Made by a program: the position numbers and the translations under genes. From Macrostomum hystrix (taxonomy: Eukaryota; Animalia; Platyhelminthes), in assembly GCA_950097015.1 (NCBI GenBank), contig CATNEN010000039.1, forward strand, positions 15,438,001-15,502,000: a DNA stretch of 64,000 nucleotides, written 5' to 3'. The notes beneath the pieces are model-generated. The model searched no databases. It saw only the letters and a program-made list of their open reading frames with translations, and had not been told where the DNA came from. This document shows, piece by piece, positions 36,708 to 49,290 of the stretch; the stretch's first letter is position 1; each line of letters opens with the position of its first letter.

Positions 36708-38923
36708 TTCTTCTTCGACCCGTTGTCGCCTTGCGGCTTAGGTTCACCCTTTCGGGCGCGGTGCTAGGGTCAGTCGCTGAAGGCACAGGTTCTCCTGTGC
36801 CGGGCCATGTTGGTTACTGCCAGTTGTCTGTGGCATCCTGGACATTCTTGGGTACGTCGCACGTGTCGTCTGGCTTTGACGTTCTCGTCCGGTTCTTGAC
36901 TTCCTTTGCATGCCTTCACATGTCGCGCGAAATTCGTCTTGCTGATCCATCTCTGGCACTCGGAGCACTGCTTGGTGGTGTTTCTGGTTCTCTCGCCGCG
37001 ACACCAACGTTTGTGATTCGTGCGGGTTGCTTCTGTCGTGAAGTTCTCACCGCATTTGCCGCACGGGAGTGTGACGCGACATGCTTCTCTGTGCATCCTC
37101 TTCTGGTGGATTGTGAGACCGGCGCGGGACTTGCACATCTTACTGCATCCTTCATACTCGCATTGGAAGCCTTGAGTCTTGGTTCCCGCCGTCTCAGAGC
37201 TCTCTTCTGTCCTGTTGGTGTCCTTCTTTCCCGGTGTTGGTGGCTGGTATTGTTTGCCCCGTCTCTTGTCGTCCTGCTTCAGCTCGGTTCTGCGTCTGTT
37301 GATGACTTCTTTCCACTTGTCTCTGTCTAACGCAAACCGTTCGGTTTCCCCAGGTTCGATGCGGCCCTGTCTGAGTAGTTTCTTCCAGTAAGACATCAGG
37401 GTCTGCTTCTTCTTGCGGCTTTTCTGGGTGTCCTCGAGGTATTTGTTCCACCCCAGGATACACCTTTTGGTGAGGTTGCAGTTCGGTAGCCGCAGGACGT
37501 GGCCGATGCGTCTCCAGTGGGCGCATTCGACTTTGGTGCGAATGCTGTCGACCCCCAGTTCTGTTCTGATGTCTGCCATGTTCACGCCGCGTCTTTCCAT
37601 CTCACGCAGTGGTTCGGACCGTTTGTCGCTCCAGATGTAGCGATAACGTTTGTCCATGCTCTTCTGCAGTCGTTTGATTTCGCCTTTTTGAATGGGACGT
37701 GCGCTGGCGTTGTACAGCATCGTTGCTTCTACGCAGGACTCTAGGACCATTGCTTGGGTCTTCTTTGGGAGTTTCGTCTTGCGCAGCCGTTTCCTGAGCG
37801 TCGCCCACGCTTTGGCGTCGCGCTGTATTTGGTCCAGATCTTCTTTTCTGCCGAGCCACGTGCCTAGCATCCGGATATTGTCGCTCTGCTTTGTTCCCAG
37901 GGTGGCTCGTTCTTCTTTGTTGTCGTTGGTGCGTTCTTCGAAACTGTTCATTGTTGATTTAAACACTTCTAGTCCTTGGTTGATCTCGTCTCTGCTTCCA
38001 ATCACTGTGGTGTCGTCTGCGAACAATGAGCACGTGATAAATTGCGTTCCAGCTTCTTCCGTGAACTTGTTGAGGCCGCTGTCCGAGGGGAGGCTGTGGC
38101 CCGGTACCCATGTCCATGGTATACCCGCCGTCTGGCCGCTCCTGGTCGCTGCTTTCTCACGTTCCCTTTCCGCTGTGCCTATCACCGCCTGGTTGTACAG
38201 ATTGAACAGTATAGGGGAGGTGGCGCACCCCTCACGGAGGCCGCGCTGTGGGTAGAAGGCGGAGCTACTCTTTCCCTCTCCTATTACTTTGTACGCGGTG
38301 TGCTCATGGAGGTCTTTTAACTTGTCAATCGAAGTTGCCGGCATTCCCCAGTGGTTGAGGATGCTCCAGAGGATGGGTTTATTGACCCGCGGGTACGCTT
38401 TCTTGAGGTCTAGCAGGACGATTTCGGCCGCTTTCTCCGGGTCGTAGGCTTCGCATTCCTGGTACTTCTGGGCGTCTTCGTGCAGTCTCCATATGATCTG
38501 AGTCGCGTCGAGGGTTGATCTGCCCTTTCGGAAACCTGCGTGATTCTCGTCTAGGATGTTGATTGACTCGACCCAACAAGCGAGGCGGGTGGCGAGTATT
38601 CTGGCCAGGATCCTGCTCAGGAGTGGGAGGAGGCAGATCCCTCGGAAATTGTTCGGGTCGCTGCGATCTCCTTTCTTGTGTAGCGCTAGGATCTGCCCGA
38701 TTTTGTGTGTTTCCTTCCATTTTGTTGCCGGCTTTGCGTAGAGCGATTTGATTTCCTCGGTGATTGCGGTTTGGATGGTGGGGGCTGCCAGTTAAGCGTA
38801 CAGCAGCCGCACTCCGTCTTCGCCGAGAGCTCCGTCTTTCATCTAGCGGATGGCCGTGAGGATTTCAGTGTCGGATGGTTCCCTGGTCAGCTCTCGGTTG
38901 GCCCTTTCGAGGGTGTCTTTGCT
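36708..38923 (-). mobile_element. LINE copy B: 5'-truncated RTE-like element (RT and C-terminal zinc fingers) with 18-bp TSD
   Basis: LLDLKKAYPRV, RGLREGCATSPILFN, LFADD and CEYEGCSKMCKSRAGLTIHQKRMH. (GAA)n tail. GCCCTCGCCCCTCTCTTC at 36690-36707 and 38924-38941. Confidence 0.9.
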
Positions 38924-38969
38924 GCCCTCGCCCCTCTCTTCCTCAACCTTAGCTCCGTCGTCCTCGTCC

Positions 38970-41900
38970 TCATCATCATCATCAGACCTTTTATCGCCTT
39001 TCGGCGTGGTCGAACCGGGCGGGTCAATCTTACTGCACCACGCTCTGCTACCAATTTTGTCGTTTTGACAATCAACTAAGTTAGTGTAGTTTGGTAGATA
39101 TATAGTTTGTTTGGTGGCAGTGGAAGCAAAGGTAAGGCAGATAGAAAGGAAACTTGGACACGCTTGAGGGGTGCGAAACTAATAGAACCTGTAACTGAGA
39201 GGAGGTCTTGAACATAGACATAAAAGTTGTAGACGCAAAGCAAGAGGCCACAGACATAAATAAGGTTAGCTGCAACTAATGCGTTAAGGGAGACTAAAAG
39301 TACATGAAAACGTAAGACGAAGGCGAAGGTCTTAAAGAGGCAAAGAATTGGAGGATTATAATCCGACAGATACCACTACAGCCTCTTCTATGTCGTGCCA
39401 GATTCGTTGCCGCCTGTGTCCGACCGCAATCCGGGCACGGAACGCGTCTGCTGCGGTAGATTCTGGTGACGTTTTCGACCAACTGCGTTTGGCCCTCGGT
39501 GTTGTTCATGGTCGCTTGCGGCCCGTGCTTTTGTGCGCATTTGATCCAGTGTCTTGCGAAGTTGCTGCTGCTAATCCACTTCCCGCAGCCGACGCAGTTC
39601 TTGCGGCCGTCGGTCTGGGGGGCTCCCCGGCACCACTTTTGGTGGTTCTTCCTGGTTGCTTCTGATTTGAAGGTCCTCTCGCATTTGTGGCAGGGGAGGG
39701 AGACTGCGGCGACGGAGTGATGTAGGCGTCTGCAGTGGATGGCCAGTCCGCCCCTGGATGCGCATATTTTGTTACAGCCTTCATACTTGCAATGGTACCC
39801 TGTTAGTTCGCTCTCTTGGGTATCCTCGGTCCCGTGGGGGGTGTTTCGCTTCGTTGGTCCCCCGCTGTTGTCGTGTTGTTGCCGCGTTTGCATTTCAACG
39901 CCTCTTGGGTGGTGAGCTGGCGCCGTCGCTTCTCACACAGTGTCTTCCATGCTTTGCGGTCCTGGGCCAGTCTATCAATGTCCAGTTCGTCGATTTTCGC
40001 TGTCCTCAGCATCTTCTTCCAGAAGGACATGATCGTTTGCTTTCGTTTGCGTGCTTTGCGGACTGATTCCAACTCCTTGTTCCAGCCGAGAAGGCACGCC
40101 TTTGCGATGTTTTCGTCGGGCAACCGGATGACATGGCCCAGACGTCGCCAATGGGCCATTTCGACCTTTGTCTCGACGCTTGCAATTCCGAGTTCTTGGC
40201 GGATGTCCCAGCTGTTGACTCCTTTCTCTTCCATTTCGCGCAGGGTCGGTTGCTGTTTATTGCTCCAGATCCTACGGTAGATGCGGTCTACTGCCTGTTG
40301 CATCCTTCTTGTTTCGGATCGATGGAAGGGTCTGGCCCCGCAGTTGAACAACATGGTGCTCTCGACGCACGTCTCTACGATCTTGGCTTGGGTCTTCTTG
40401 CTCAACCGGGTTCGGCGCATCATGTTTTTCACCCCGCCCCAGGCTTTCGCTGCTCTCTGAAGGCGTTGGCTGGTGTCGTTCTTCCGGCCGAGCCAGGTTC
40501 CCAACATGCGGATGTTTTCGCTTTCTCCGGTGCCCAATTTGGCGTGCTCCTCCTTCTCGTCGTTCGTTCTCTCTTCGAACATCCCCATGACCTCTTTGAT
40601 GGTGGAGGTGCCCTGCTCAATTTCCGCCGTCGTGCCGATCACCGTAGTGTCGTCCGCAAAAAGGGAGCACGTGATCGCAATTACTGATGTTTCCTCGTTG
40701 ATGACTCCCATTCTCTGGGGGGGAGGCTGTGACCTGAGCGCACTGTCCAGCGGATTCCGTACTGTTCTCCGGACTCCACTGTCCGTTTGCGGCGCTCGAT
40801 CTCTGCGAGGCGGATCACTGCCTGGTGAAAAATATTGAAGAGCACCGGTGATGTGGCACATCCTTCACGAAGTCCTCTCTGGGGGTAGAAAGGTGAACTC
40901 TCTTCTTTGTCGCTTACTACCTTGTAGGCGGTGGCTTCATGCAGGTCCCGTAGCTTGCTGATGATGGTCTTCGGCATGCTGTAATGTTTCAGTAGTTGCC
41001 ACAGCGCGGGCTTATTAACGCGAGGATACGCTTTTCTTAAGTCGAGGAGCGTGATGCTCGTGCAAAGGCCCTCATGAAACTGCGGGCTGTCCCTGAGTTT
41101 GCCTGCATCTTCGTTGAGTCGCCAGAGTATTTGTGTGGCATCCATGGTTGAGCGTCCACTTCGAAAACCAGCCTGGTTCTCGTCCAGGATCCCGACTGAT
41201 TCCGCCCATTCGCTGATCCTGGTTGCTAGTATTCGGGCGAGGATGCGACTGACGAGCAGGAGTAGGCAGATCCCTCGGTAGTTATTGAGGTTCCCTCTGT
41301 CTCCTTTCTTGAAGAGTGGTAAGACCAGGCCAGTTTTTTGGGCTTCACTCCATTCCTCCGCGTCAGTGTGCCAGAGGCGCTGGATCTCTTTGATCAGTTC
41401 ACCCTTGGCTCTGTCGCAGGCGTCTCGGATGTAGCGAACGCGCACTCCATCTTCGCCTGGGGCACCGTCTTTGATTTTTCGGATTTCCCCCTCAATTTCC
41501 CCATCCGTAAGCGGTCGGGCGAGTTTCACGTTGGCTTCTTTGGTGTGGTTACTGTCCGGTTTAGCCATGGTAGCAATCAACTCAGTGATTTTGGCGGGGT
41601 CGTTCTCGAAACGATCAGCCTGAATAGTCGCCAGGTGTTCTTTAAACTCTTCCGCCGAGAAAAGTGGGACACTCGAGCTGTTGTTGCTGTTCCTTTTGCT
41701 GGCTCTTCCCATTCGTTTCAGGCAGTCGTACATTCCGCCTGTGTTCCCTCGTTCGCAGTGGTCCTTACATTCTTCCGCGATGCTGGTCCACCAATCGTCC
41801 TCCCATCCTTGAACGCGATCTTTTTGATTTTTTCGATGTTCTTTAAGGCGTTTGCGAGCCTCTTCGATGTTAGCACGACTCTCTGGTGTGCTCTCTCTCC

Positions 41901-43238
41901 GGTCTATTGTGATCGCTCTATTCCGTTCCGCTAACGCGTTTGCAATCGCTTTGTTCAGCTCTTTCAACTCATCTTCGTGGCCGATCATCCAACTGTTCGT
42001 TTCTCTGGTCTTAATTCCGCAAGTGTCTTGGGCCGCTTCCATCAGTTTCTCCTCGACCGTGCGCTAGCAAACCTTCTGGTGTGCTCCGGTTTCCGTGTTT
42101 TTATTGCCGATTTCGAGTAGCTTGTGTTCCGTGGCTTTGCGGTACTCTTCTTTCACGACAGGGTCCCGGAGTTTCTCCCAGGCGATTTGTTTTTTACGGT
42201 TCCTCGCTCTCCGCTCGTGTTGTTGGTCGGTGTCGCAGGTCGTCAGGCATCCTTGGCGGAGGTTGAGTACCTTTGGTAGGTGGTCAGAGAGCTTTGCTTT
42301 GGAGTGGTCTGTGTGGATCTTTCGCTGCATCATATGGCGTTTATCCGCCTCTAGGAAAAAACCGTCGAGTTCATACCATCGGCCCGTATTCGGGTTTCTC
42401 CAGGTGCCAGGTTTCTTTTGGGCGTAATATGAGCTGGCCCAGACCATGCCGATGCTCTCGGTCCAGGTGAGGAGGTCTCTGCCCTGGGTGTTGGTGGGCG
42501 GGCCACCTGGGTTGGTCTTGCCGTAGTTTGTGAAAACGTTTTGTGCGTCCGATCCCATGCTGGCGTTCCAGTCGCCGCCGATTATTGCCAGGGTGCTGTG
42601 GTGCTTGGACGTCAGCAGTCGTTCCACTTCGGTTCTGATGTCTTCAATGTCTTCCTCGTATCCGTGACTACCCTTGACGGGTTGGTAGACGGCGATGAGG
42701 AGTAGGTTGTTGAATTCCAAAGCCAACGATCTCTTTTGCGGGTGGGATCTCCGCCCACTGGCTGTCCATCTGTGCCAGGCCGTGTTGTTCAGGAGTATCC
42801 CAACTTTTTGCGAGAAAAACAGGAACATGTCTTCGCCTCGGACGTGGTACTTGCGGACACCGGTGCTGGTGGTGTTGAGTTCGGTGAGAAGAGTGATATC
42901 CCATTCCTTTGATGCTTCTTTCACAATTTCACCGAAACGTCCCGAGAAGATGTTTGCTCTCTGGGTGTTCCATGTGGCAATTCGTAGTTTTTGTGTCTTC
43001 CAGTTGGTTTCGGCCCTGTCCTGGTTTACGGAGGCTCGAGTTTCTCGGATGTGACACCTTTTCAGTTTTCTTCGTTGTCGTCTGGCAGTTCTCTGCGCCT
43101 CCGTTTTCGGGCCCGGGTTCTTTTCAATAGTGCGCAACGCGACTCTGATCTCGGCTTCGACATTTCTTCTGTCTCTCACCGTTTTCGCTCTCTTTTTTTT
43201 ATTTTCGTCGTATATGTGTCTTTTTTTGTTGATTTTTG
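38970..43238 (-). mobile_element. LINE copy A: near full-length RTE-like single-ORF element (APE, RT, zinc fingers), decayed
   Basis: ORF pieces 43179-42064 (IATWNTQ, GGDWNA, LSDH), 42042-40681 (NYRGICLL, QAGFRSGRST, DLRKAYPRV, GLREGC), 40861-39803 (LFADD) and 39893-39294 (C2H2 fingers). 3' UTR ends in GCCGAAAGGC and a (TGA)n tail. Confidence 0.9.
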
Positions 43239-45140
43239 GTTGGAGCTACGGCAGTACTTTCCAATGAAGTGGAGAAAATTCTCCCCCCAAAAACAGCTGA
43301 ATTGCTCCAGTGGACCATGCATACGCACCTCGTCTGGAATGTGGATCAGCGCATGTATTGTGTGCACAATGAAATCGTCGCCCCATGCCGACCTACATTG
43401 GCGGACGAACCACTTCGCCAACGTTGCAGCGTATTCGCAAAATTCGTAGCACCGCGGGTGTGACATTAGGAAGGCAATGGTGTGCAAACTCAGAAGCAGC
43501 TCGTACATACAATCGGGAAGATGAGCACGACTGGTGCAAGGTACAAGACGAACAGTCTAAACTCAGTTGCCTTCCAGCAGCCGATAATGGACGTTGGTCG
43601 CGGCTTGCGCGAAAAGTCTCGAGGGATGAAACTGCTAAAGCTCACCAAATCGGCATCCATAGCTCGCATGGCTGCTGCACTGGTACGATATGGGACCGCA
43701 GCTGAAGTCAAACTTTTTATGCACTTAAAAACGGCTCCCTCGTAAATTAGGTGCATCGGATCCAGAGGGAAGCTCCAAACCATATCAACACTCGCTAAAG
43801 ACAAAACCGGACTTGCAGTTAGTACATGCGTATCGTCATACACTCCTGACCGAAAATCGCGATCGTTGCGCAATGTGGCATCGGAGTCACAAAAGCAGAC
43901 TTTTCTGTTTTTGTACTCGCCTTCAACGAGGCACTTCAATGAGTAGCCCCAGCAGGCTTTTGTCCCTCGAATAAAGCTACGCGCAGGACTATCACACATT
44001 ATCATTCCAACGACAAAAGGAATAGGACAGGATTCCTCATTTATCTTCAACCCATTTGCCTTGAGATCGGAAAGCTCGTCGATCAATTCGCTGAGGAATT
44101 CTTTAGCGCTTTCTGGCTTGTGCTTCCCACAATAAAGTCCAATTAGAAACTCCGATTTAACAATCCCATGAAGCCGGCCAATGATGGGCCACATTGTAAT
44201 CTGGGTGCTGTCAAACACCTGAGCAACGCCCAGGAAGAGATCTAACTTTAGGCTCTTTATGCTTACGTCCAAACAAGACAAAACAAACTTCAACCCTGCA
44301 GCTAACCCAAAATGGAAATAGTTTCCATGCTGCACACAGCGTAGAAAAAGAGTTCGGGGTGTTGACAACAGGCTGCGGTAGTCCCGAGGAAGTTGTGGAA
44401 ACCTGCTATTCAGACGCTGCAGCAAGTCATTCACAGATGATTTCGGATTTTGTGACAGTGCCCATGAACGCAGAACTTGTTTTAAATGGTCAGAAGTCTC
44501 ATCGAGAATGAACTGCCTGGCATCCAACATATTGACCAGGTTATCGTTGTCTGCAAGTGAGAGAAAATGTACAGAGAAAAAAGAATGCTTAATAACTTTA
44601 ATTATTTTTCATCATTCCTTTTATAAATTTCAGTTATTTCTGTCATTCTGACCAGACATACAATTTTTCCTGACTTTCCCAACCAATATGTTTTCTTTGA
44701 CTGCAATCATCATCAGATTTAATTAGATTTCAAAGCAACAATATAAGCACTTACCAATGGCTCTGCCACTGTCAATGGGTGCAGTTCCTTCATGAATTAG
44801 CACTGTATCTTCATTGATGCTTGAACCATTGTTTTGCACTGAATATGCTCTATCATAGTGCAGTGAAGCCACATTTGGCAAGATTTTATCATCTTGCAAA
44901 GTTGTGGTATCAATTGGCATGTCTTTAACAGTGTAGTTCACAGTCTCCTTATTATCATTATTATCTTCATGACATGGTCTATTTTCACTCAAAGCAGTAT
45001 GCATATAATCATCTTGTAGGTACTGTAGTTCTTGTGCTATTACACTACTCTCATAAGCATCTAATGAGTTCTCAGCAAAGTCAAAGTGGTCAAAAATCAT
45101 AGTTAAGAAGTCTGAAAATAAATCACAAATAGGACAATGA
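43239..45140 (-). pseudogene. CACTA/EnSpm-like transposase of element 5 (spliced 5' exon), cut off at LINE A
   Basis: LPRDYRSLLSTPR, YFHFGL, MCDSPARSF, FPLDPMHL, WKATEFRLF, HTIHALIHI and SCFWGENFL. First catalytic Asp lost; frameshift ~43500; in-phase intron 44754-44551. Confidence 0.8.
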
Positions 45141-46279
45141 TATTAAAGATATCACTTGACACTACTACTAGGCTACTACCAAATTATATATATAGAACTT
45201 CATAGAGTATATTTTAACAAGTTAAACTATTGTTCAAATCAAAACCTTGGATACAACTAATTAAAATTTTCTAGAGGATTAGAAATGTTAAAGTTTTATG
45301 CAAGCTAACTGGTGATAACTAAGAGAAGCATGGCCTATTAGTTAAGGAAAATACTATAAAATAATTATTTTTTTTCTTTATAAGGTTTATTATCAGCTTT
45401 TTATATTGATATGTAATAATATTTTCACCTTATACCTAAATATTTCTGATCAGAAAGTTAAATACAATGAGGTCAAAAACTTTTCTTTTCAAATTTATTA
45501 TACTTATACCAACTTAATCTCTTACATAAAAAATGAAATATCTATCAATGTTTAACAATCCTTTTTGGCTTATATTGATTATATTGCTGCTATAGGGTAA
45601 TATAGTAATAGGCAATAGCTATGTACTCGTATTACATATTATTTACACTTGCTACTAGCTAGGCTATCGAGCTCTAGGCTTAGTCTAAACATAAAAATGC
45701 AGAATGTATCTTATGCATCTTATCAAATTATACAGTTTTATTCATAGGTACTTACAACTAGCTAAAAGTACTTACTAAAGGCCTAAAAAGCAATATAATT
45801 ATTAAAAAGAAGAGTAGCAACTGTGGCAAACTATTACTTCTTTACTTTTAAGACTTAAAATAGGCAAATAGCAAGCTTAAAATAAAAATCTTAAGAACTC
45901 TAAACACGACTAAAGTATATCTCTACAATATCTCTACAATACAATCTCTACAAGACACCAGCTAGAATTTGGCAGCAATTAGTAAATTTCAAGCAAAAAA
46001 GCGTGCAAGCTCGTTCTATAAGAGCAAATCAGCATTTAATTAGCATTTAAAGTGTTCTATTTACCAAAATATGCTTGAATGAAAGCTTGAGTGAAGCATG
46101 CATATGAATTATTGCGTGCGTGAAAGTCCATTCAAAACTAAACTTCTTGAAACTTTATTTTTAGTAAAATTCAAACAGAAGAAAACTCGCCTACATTAAC
46201 AAAATTTTCGTATGCTTGTTTGCCATTTTAATAAAGTTGTCTATAATATATGTTTCTTTTGTTTTAGTTTCTGCTGCCA

Positions 46280-46390
46280 TTTTTATGTTGCACCGTTTAT
46301 ATTGTATCAACGTTGAGATTTGTCGCTAAAGGAAGAAGCGGGGCATGCAACAAACGTCAACATTGCTGCAACATTATTTGGCATTGTGGG
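46280..46390. repeat. probable right terminus of CACTA-type element 5
   Basis: Ends ...TTTGGCATTGTGGG after CAACGTTG/CAACATT repeats. Partner end not found. Confidence 0.4.
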
Positions 46391-47792
46391 TATTGAATAG
46401 ATATACGCTAGATATGTTTGGGATGCAAATGAAGCTGTGCTTGTAATTATGCACGTGATTGGTACCAAATCCCGAATCAGCCATGGGTGCTGAGATCCAA
46501 TAAAATAAAAATAAATCCTAACGTGAAACCACTATATATTTCTTCATATGATGCAAATTGGTCACCTGCATGTTAACTCGAGAACTTCAGTACTCGCAAT
46601 GTCAGAGTCCAGACAGAAAAAACCTGCAGTGAGAAGCTTATATTTTAGAGTCTTCGGTGCAATGATAAAAATTAAAAGAAAGCAAGAGAAGATACAAACT
46701 TACAAAGCAAAGCAGAAGGAAAGCAAAATTACAATGACATGAAATTCTTGCTGAATGATCTTCAAACGTGTCAGCACAGAAATACACACAAAAGTACAAA
46801 ATGTCAGGAAATAATGAAACATATTCACTATCTCCAAACTAGAATCACTGGGCTGTGAGTTCCAAAAATGCATATTTTTCTGCCTTTCCTAGAATTAACA
46901 CTTCGAATTTATAGAAATATTTCATTATATATATATGGGGAATTGGCTCCAATACAAACGCATTAATGCAGAGGCAGCGACAATGACTGAGTTGGCTCTA
47001 AGTGTTCTGAGCATGATGATTCAAAGTTCATAATCATCGGATGTGGCAATATAAGGGAGTCATTAGTCTGCGTCTTGCATGGGATGCACCCAGAACAAAT
47101 GAAAAGTTCTAAAAGCATGTCTGGGCAGAGAGGAAGCTGTAGAAATGCAATATAATAAACAGCTAGCATTCAGCAAAGGATGTAAAAAACAAACCACTGC
47201 ACACCACTAGACAACAAAAATTGAGCGGAATTGCATATGAATTACAATCGGACACACGAAAATTTCGCAATTCTTGCACGCGAATTGTAATCTAATTGCA
47301 TTCGAATTGTAAGAAACGCAAGTAGAATTGCAATTTAATTGCAATTTCGGTGCTGATTTTTTCTTGCAATTAAATTACACGAAAATTGCACTTCAATTAC
47401 AATATAGTTGCAAGCGGATTGCAATTAGCATCTCTTAAATCGCAATTTAATTACAATTATAACATTTAGACGTATCTTCTTACTGTCCTACTTAGAGTAG
47501 ACTCATTTGCAAATAGCTGAAGGTTGCTTTCCCGGCTATCAAAATTTTCATGCTACAAGAGTTGAGCGCGGGTATTTATTTTCATTACTTTGTTCAATTG
47601 AAGGATATTAAGTTTCGAGCTTGTGATAGCTTAGGTGTTTCGAATAACAGAGTATATATGGAATAGAAAAGAGCATTCTCAATGAGAAGCATAAAAAATA
47701 ACCAACAAACTGATTAAACAAATATTGGAATTAATAACATGAGAACATTTAGTTTGCCTGGTTCATTCAGTTGAAATAATGTATTGTAATGT

Positions 47793-48079
47793 AAACGCGT
47801 GACTATATCAAATACGCACTGATCAGAATCAGATAGGGATGAAAGAACACGATCTGTCATCCACTCGTACAGTCGAACACGCGCGCGAACTGGAACACCA
47901 CACACAAAGGAAAGAATTTCACCCAAGGACCCATTTCGAAAATAGAAAAAAGGAGATTCATTATTACAATTTACAATTTCGAGAAGCGCAGATACGGTTG
48001 CAACCAATAGAAATACAGCGCGAGGAACGAAAGGTGACTATAGCATCATCAAGCCAAGTCGAATGATCCAAACCAAGAA
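47793..48079 (-). repeat. ~285-bp direct copy of transposase segment 50056-50331
   Basis: Near-identical sequence, e.g. CACTCGTACAGTCGAACACGCGCGCGAACTGGAACACCA in both places. Confidence 0.9.
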
Positions 48080-48087
48080 ACACCCGT

Positions 48088-49290
48088 TCACTTCTTTTTG
48101 GCCTTCACAGCAGCATCTCTAAAAAATTGATTGAGCGATAGGCGCACATCTTTCCACGAATAAGTACCAAACCACAAGTCCAGACAGTCTTTAATATCAT
48201 TAATGACAACCGGATCGACCGAGATACGCTCCGTTTTTCCTTTCGGCTCAATGATTGCCGTGCGGCAGAATTCCTCACCGAATTTCCGAAGAGCTAGTTG
48301 TCTAGCGAAAATCGTCGGCACTTTGGAAAGCTGAGAGAGACGAAAAGGTTGGCCTGAGCAGTCTTGAATTGTCCGGTCCTCTCGATTCTCATTTTCTCGC
48401 GGCGCCAAATAGTCGCGGAAAATTTCGATCAAGTCGTCCTGCTTTCGAGACACTTGCCTGAGAATTCTTGTCTGCAGGCGCATTTCGAGGAGAAGAAGAT
48501 GAGTCGTTGAAACGTTTGAACCAGACGCGTTCGAGGCACGCGTTTTTGTTCCGGTACTCACTTCGGGATCCCGGTTATCATTTGTAGATCCATCAGACGC
48601 TGCTGGCGCCTGACCTGATGAGCCGCGGTCCTTGGAGCGCACAGGCGTAGGCGCCACAGAATTCCGAACCACTATTGGTGTCACAGTAGACGGCGATTGA
48701 GCGTCAGTATAGGTCGCGCTTAATTCTCTCTCCTTTTGCAGCTCCTTCTGCAGTCGGTTATCACTGGAATGGCAGCCTGAAGCACCAGCACCCGCGGATT
48801 GAAAAAGCGGGCTAGCAGACGGTGACTTTCTTGGAGGTTCATAATCGGTATCAAACTCGTCGTCGTCCATATCCGTGTCATCATCGGATCCTTCGAGATG
48901 CTTGATGATAGCATCGGTTGAGAAGCCCTCGCTAGCCAGTTCTTCAACTTTAGCTTCAACTATTTTAACTTGTGCGAAGCTTCCAAGCTTCAAGATGATC
49001 GCTTCATGCAAGCCATCAGCGTCCCGAACGCGAATAGATTGGAATTCTCGCAGATTGCGTTTTTCGTGGTCATTCAAGTGCGAAAGAGACGTCGAATTTA
49101 TATACACACGACTGTATGAATTCTTCTTTCGGAACCATACCAACAAATGGTCGTATGCCAAGGTACCTGGAAATCCAGCAGTTCGTCGGGCAGTTCGTCG
49201 AGAAGCACCTCGAGTTCTGTCGTCCATTGGCTGTAAGGCGATTTCAATCAGTAAAGCAAACTTGTGGATACTTGGATGAGACAATAACAT
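48088..49290 (-). CDS. accessory protein of element 6 with C-terminal BEN-like domain (start may be MDDRT)
   Basis: Open 400-codon frame ending FARQLALRKFGEEF..VDPVVINDIKDCL..WKDVRLSLNQFFRD. Confidence 0.7.
   Translation of the reverse strand: MLLSHPSIHKFALLIEIALQPMDDRTRGASRRTARRTAGFPGTLAYDHLLVWFRKKNSYSRVYINSTSLSHLNDHEKRNLREFQSIRVRDADGLHEAIILKLGSFAQVKIVEAKVEELASEGFSTDAIIKHLEGSDDDTDMDDDEFDTDYEPPRKSPSASPLFQSAGAGASGCHSSDNRLQKELQKERELSATYTDAQSPSTVTPIVVRNSVAPTPVRSKDRGSSGQAPAASDGSTNDNRDPEVSTGTKTRASNASGSNVSTTHLLLLEMRLQTRILRQVSRKQDDLIEIFRDYLAPRENENREDRTIQDCSGQPFRLSQLSKVPTIFARQLALRKFGEEFCRTAIIEPKGKTERISVDPVVINDIKDCLDLWFGTYSWKDVRLSLNQFFRDAAVKAKKK

Noticed and set aside
38941-43260. TSD for LINE A
   Set aside because: The left flank (GA-rich DNA) and right flank (transposase 5) do not match, implying a later deletion or rearrangement.
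35280-43745. Many plus-strand ORFs of 60-263 aa over the LINE block
   Set aside because: Antisense shadows of GC-rich LINE coding sequence with no recognisable motifs.
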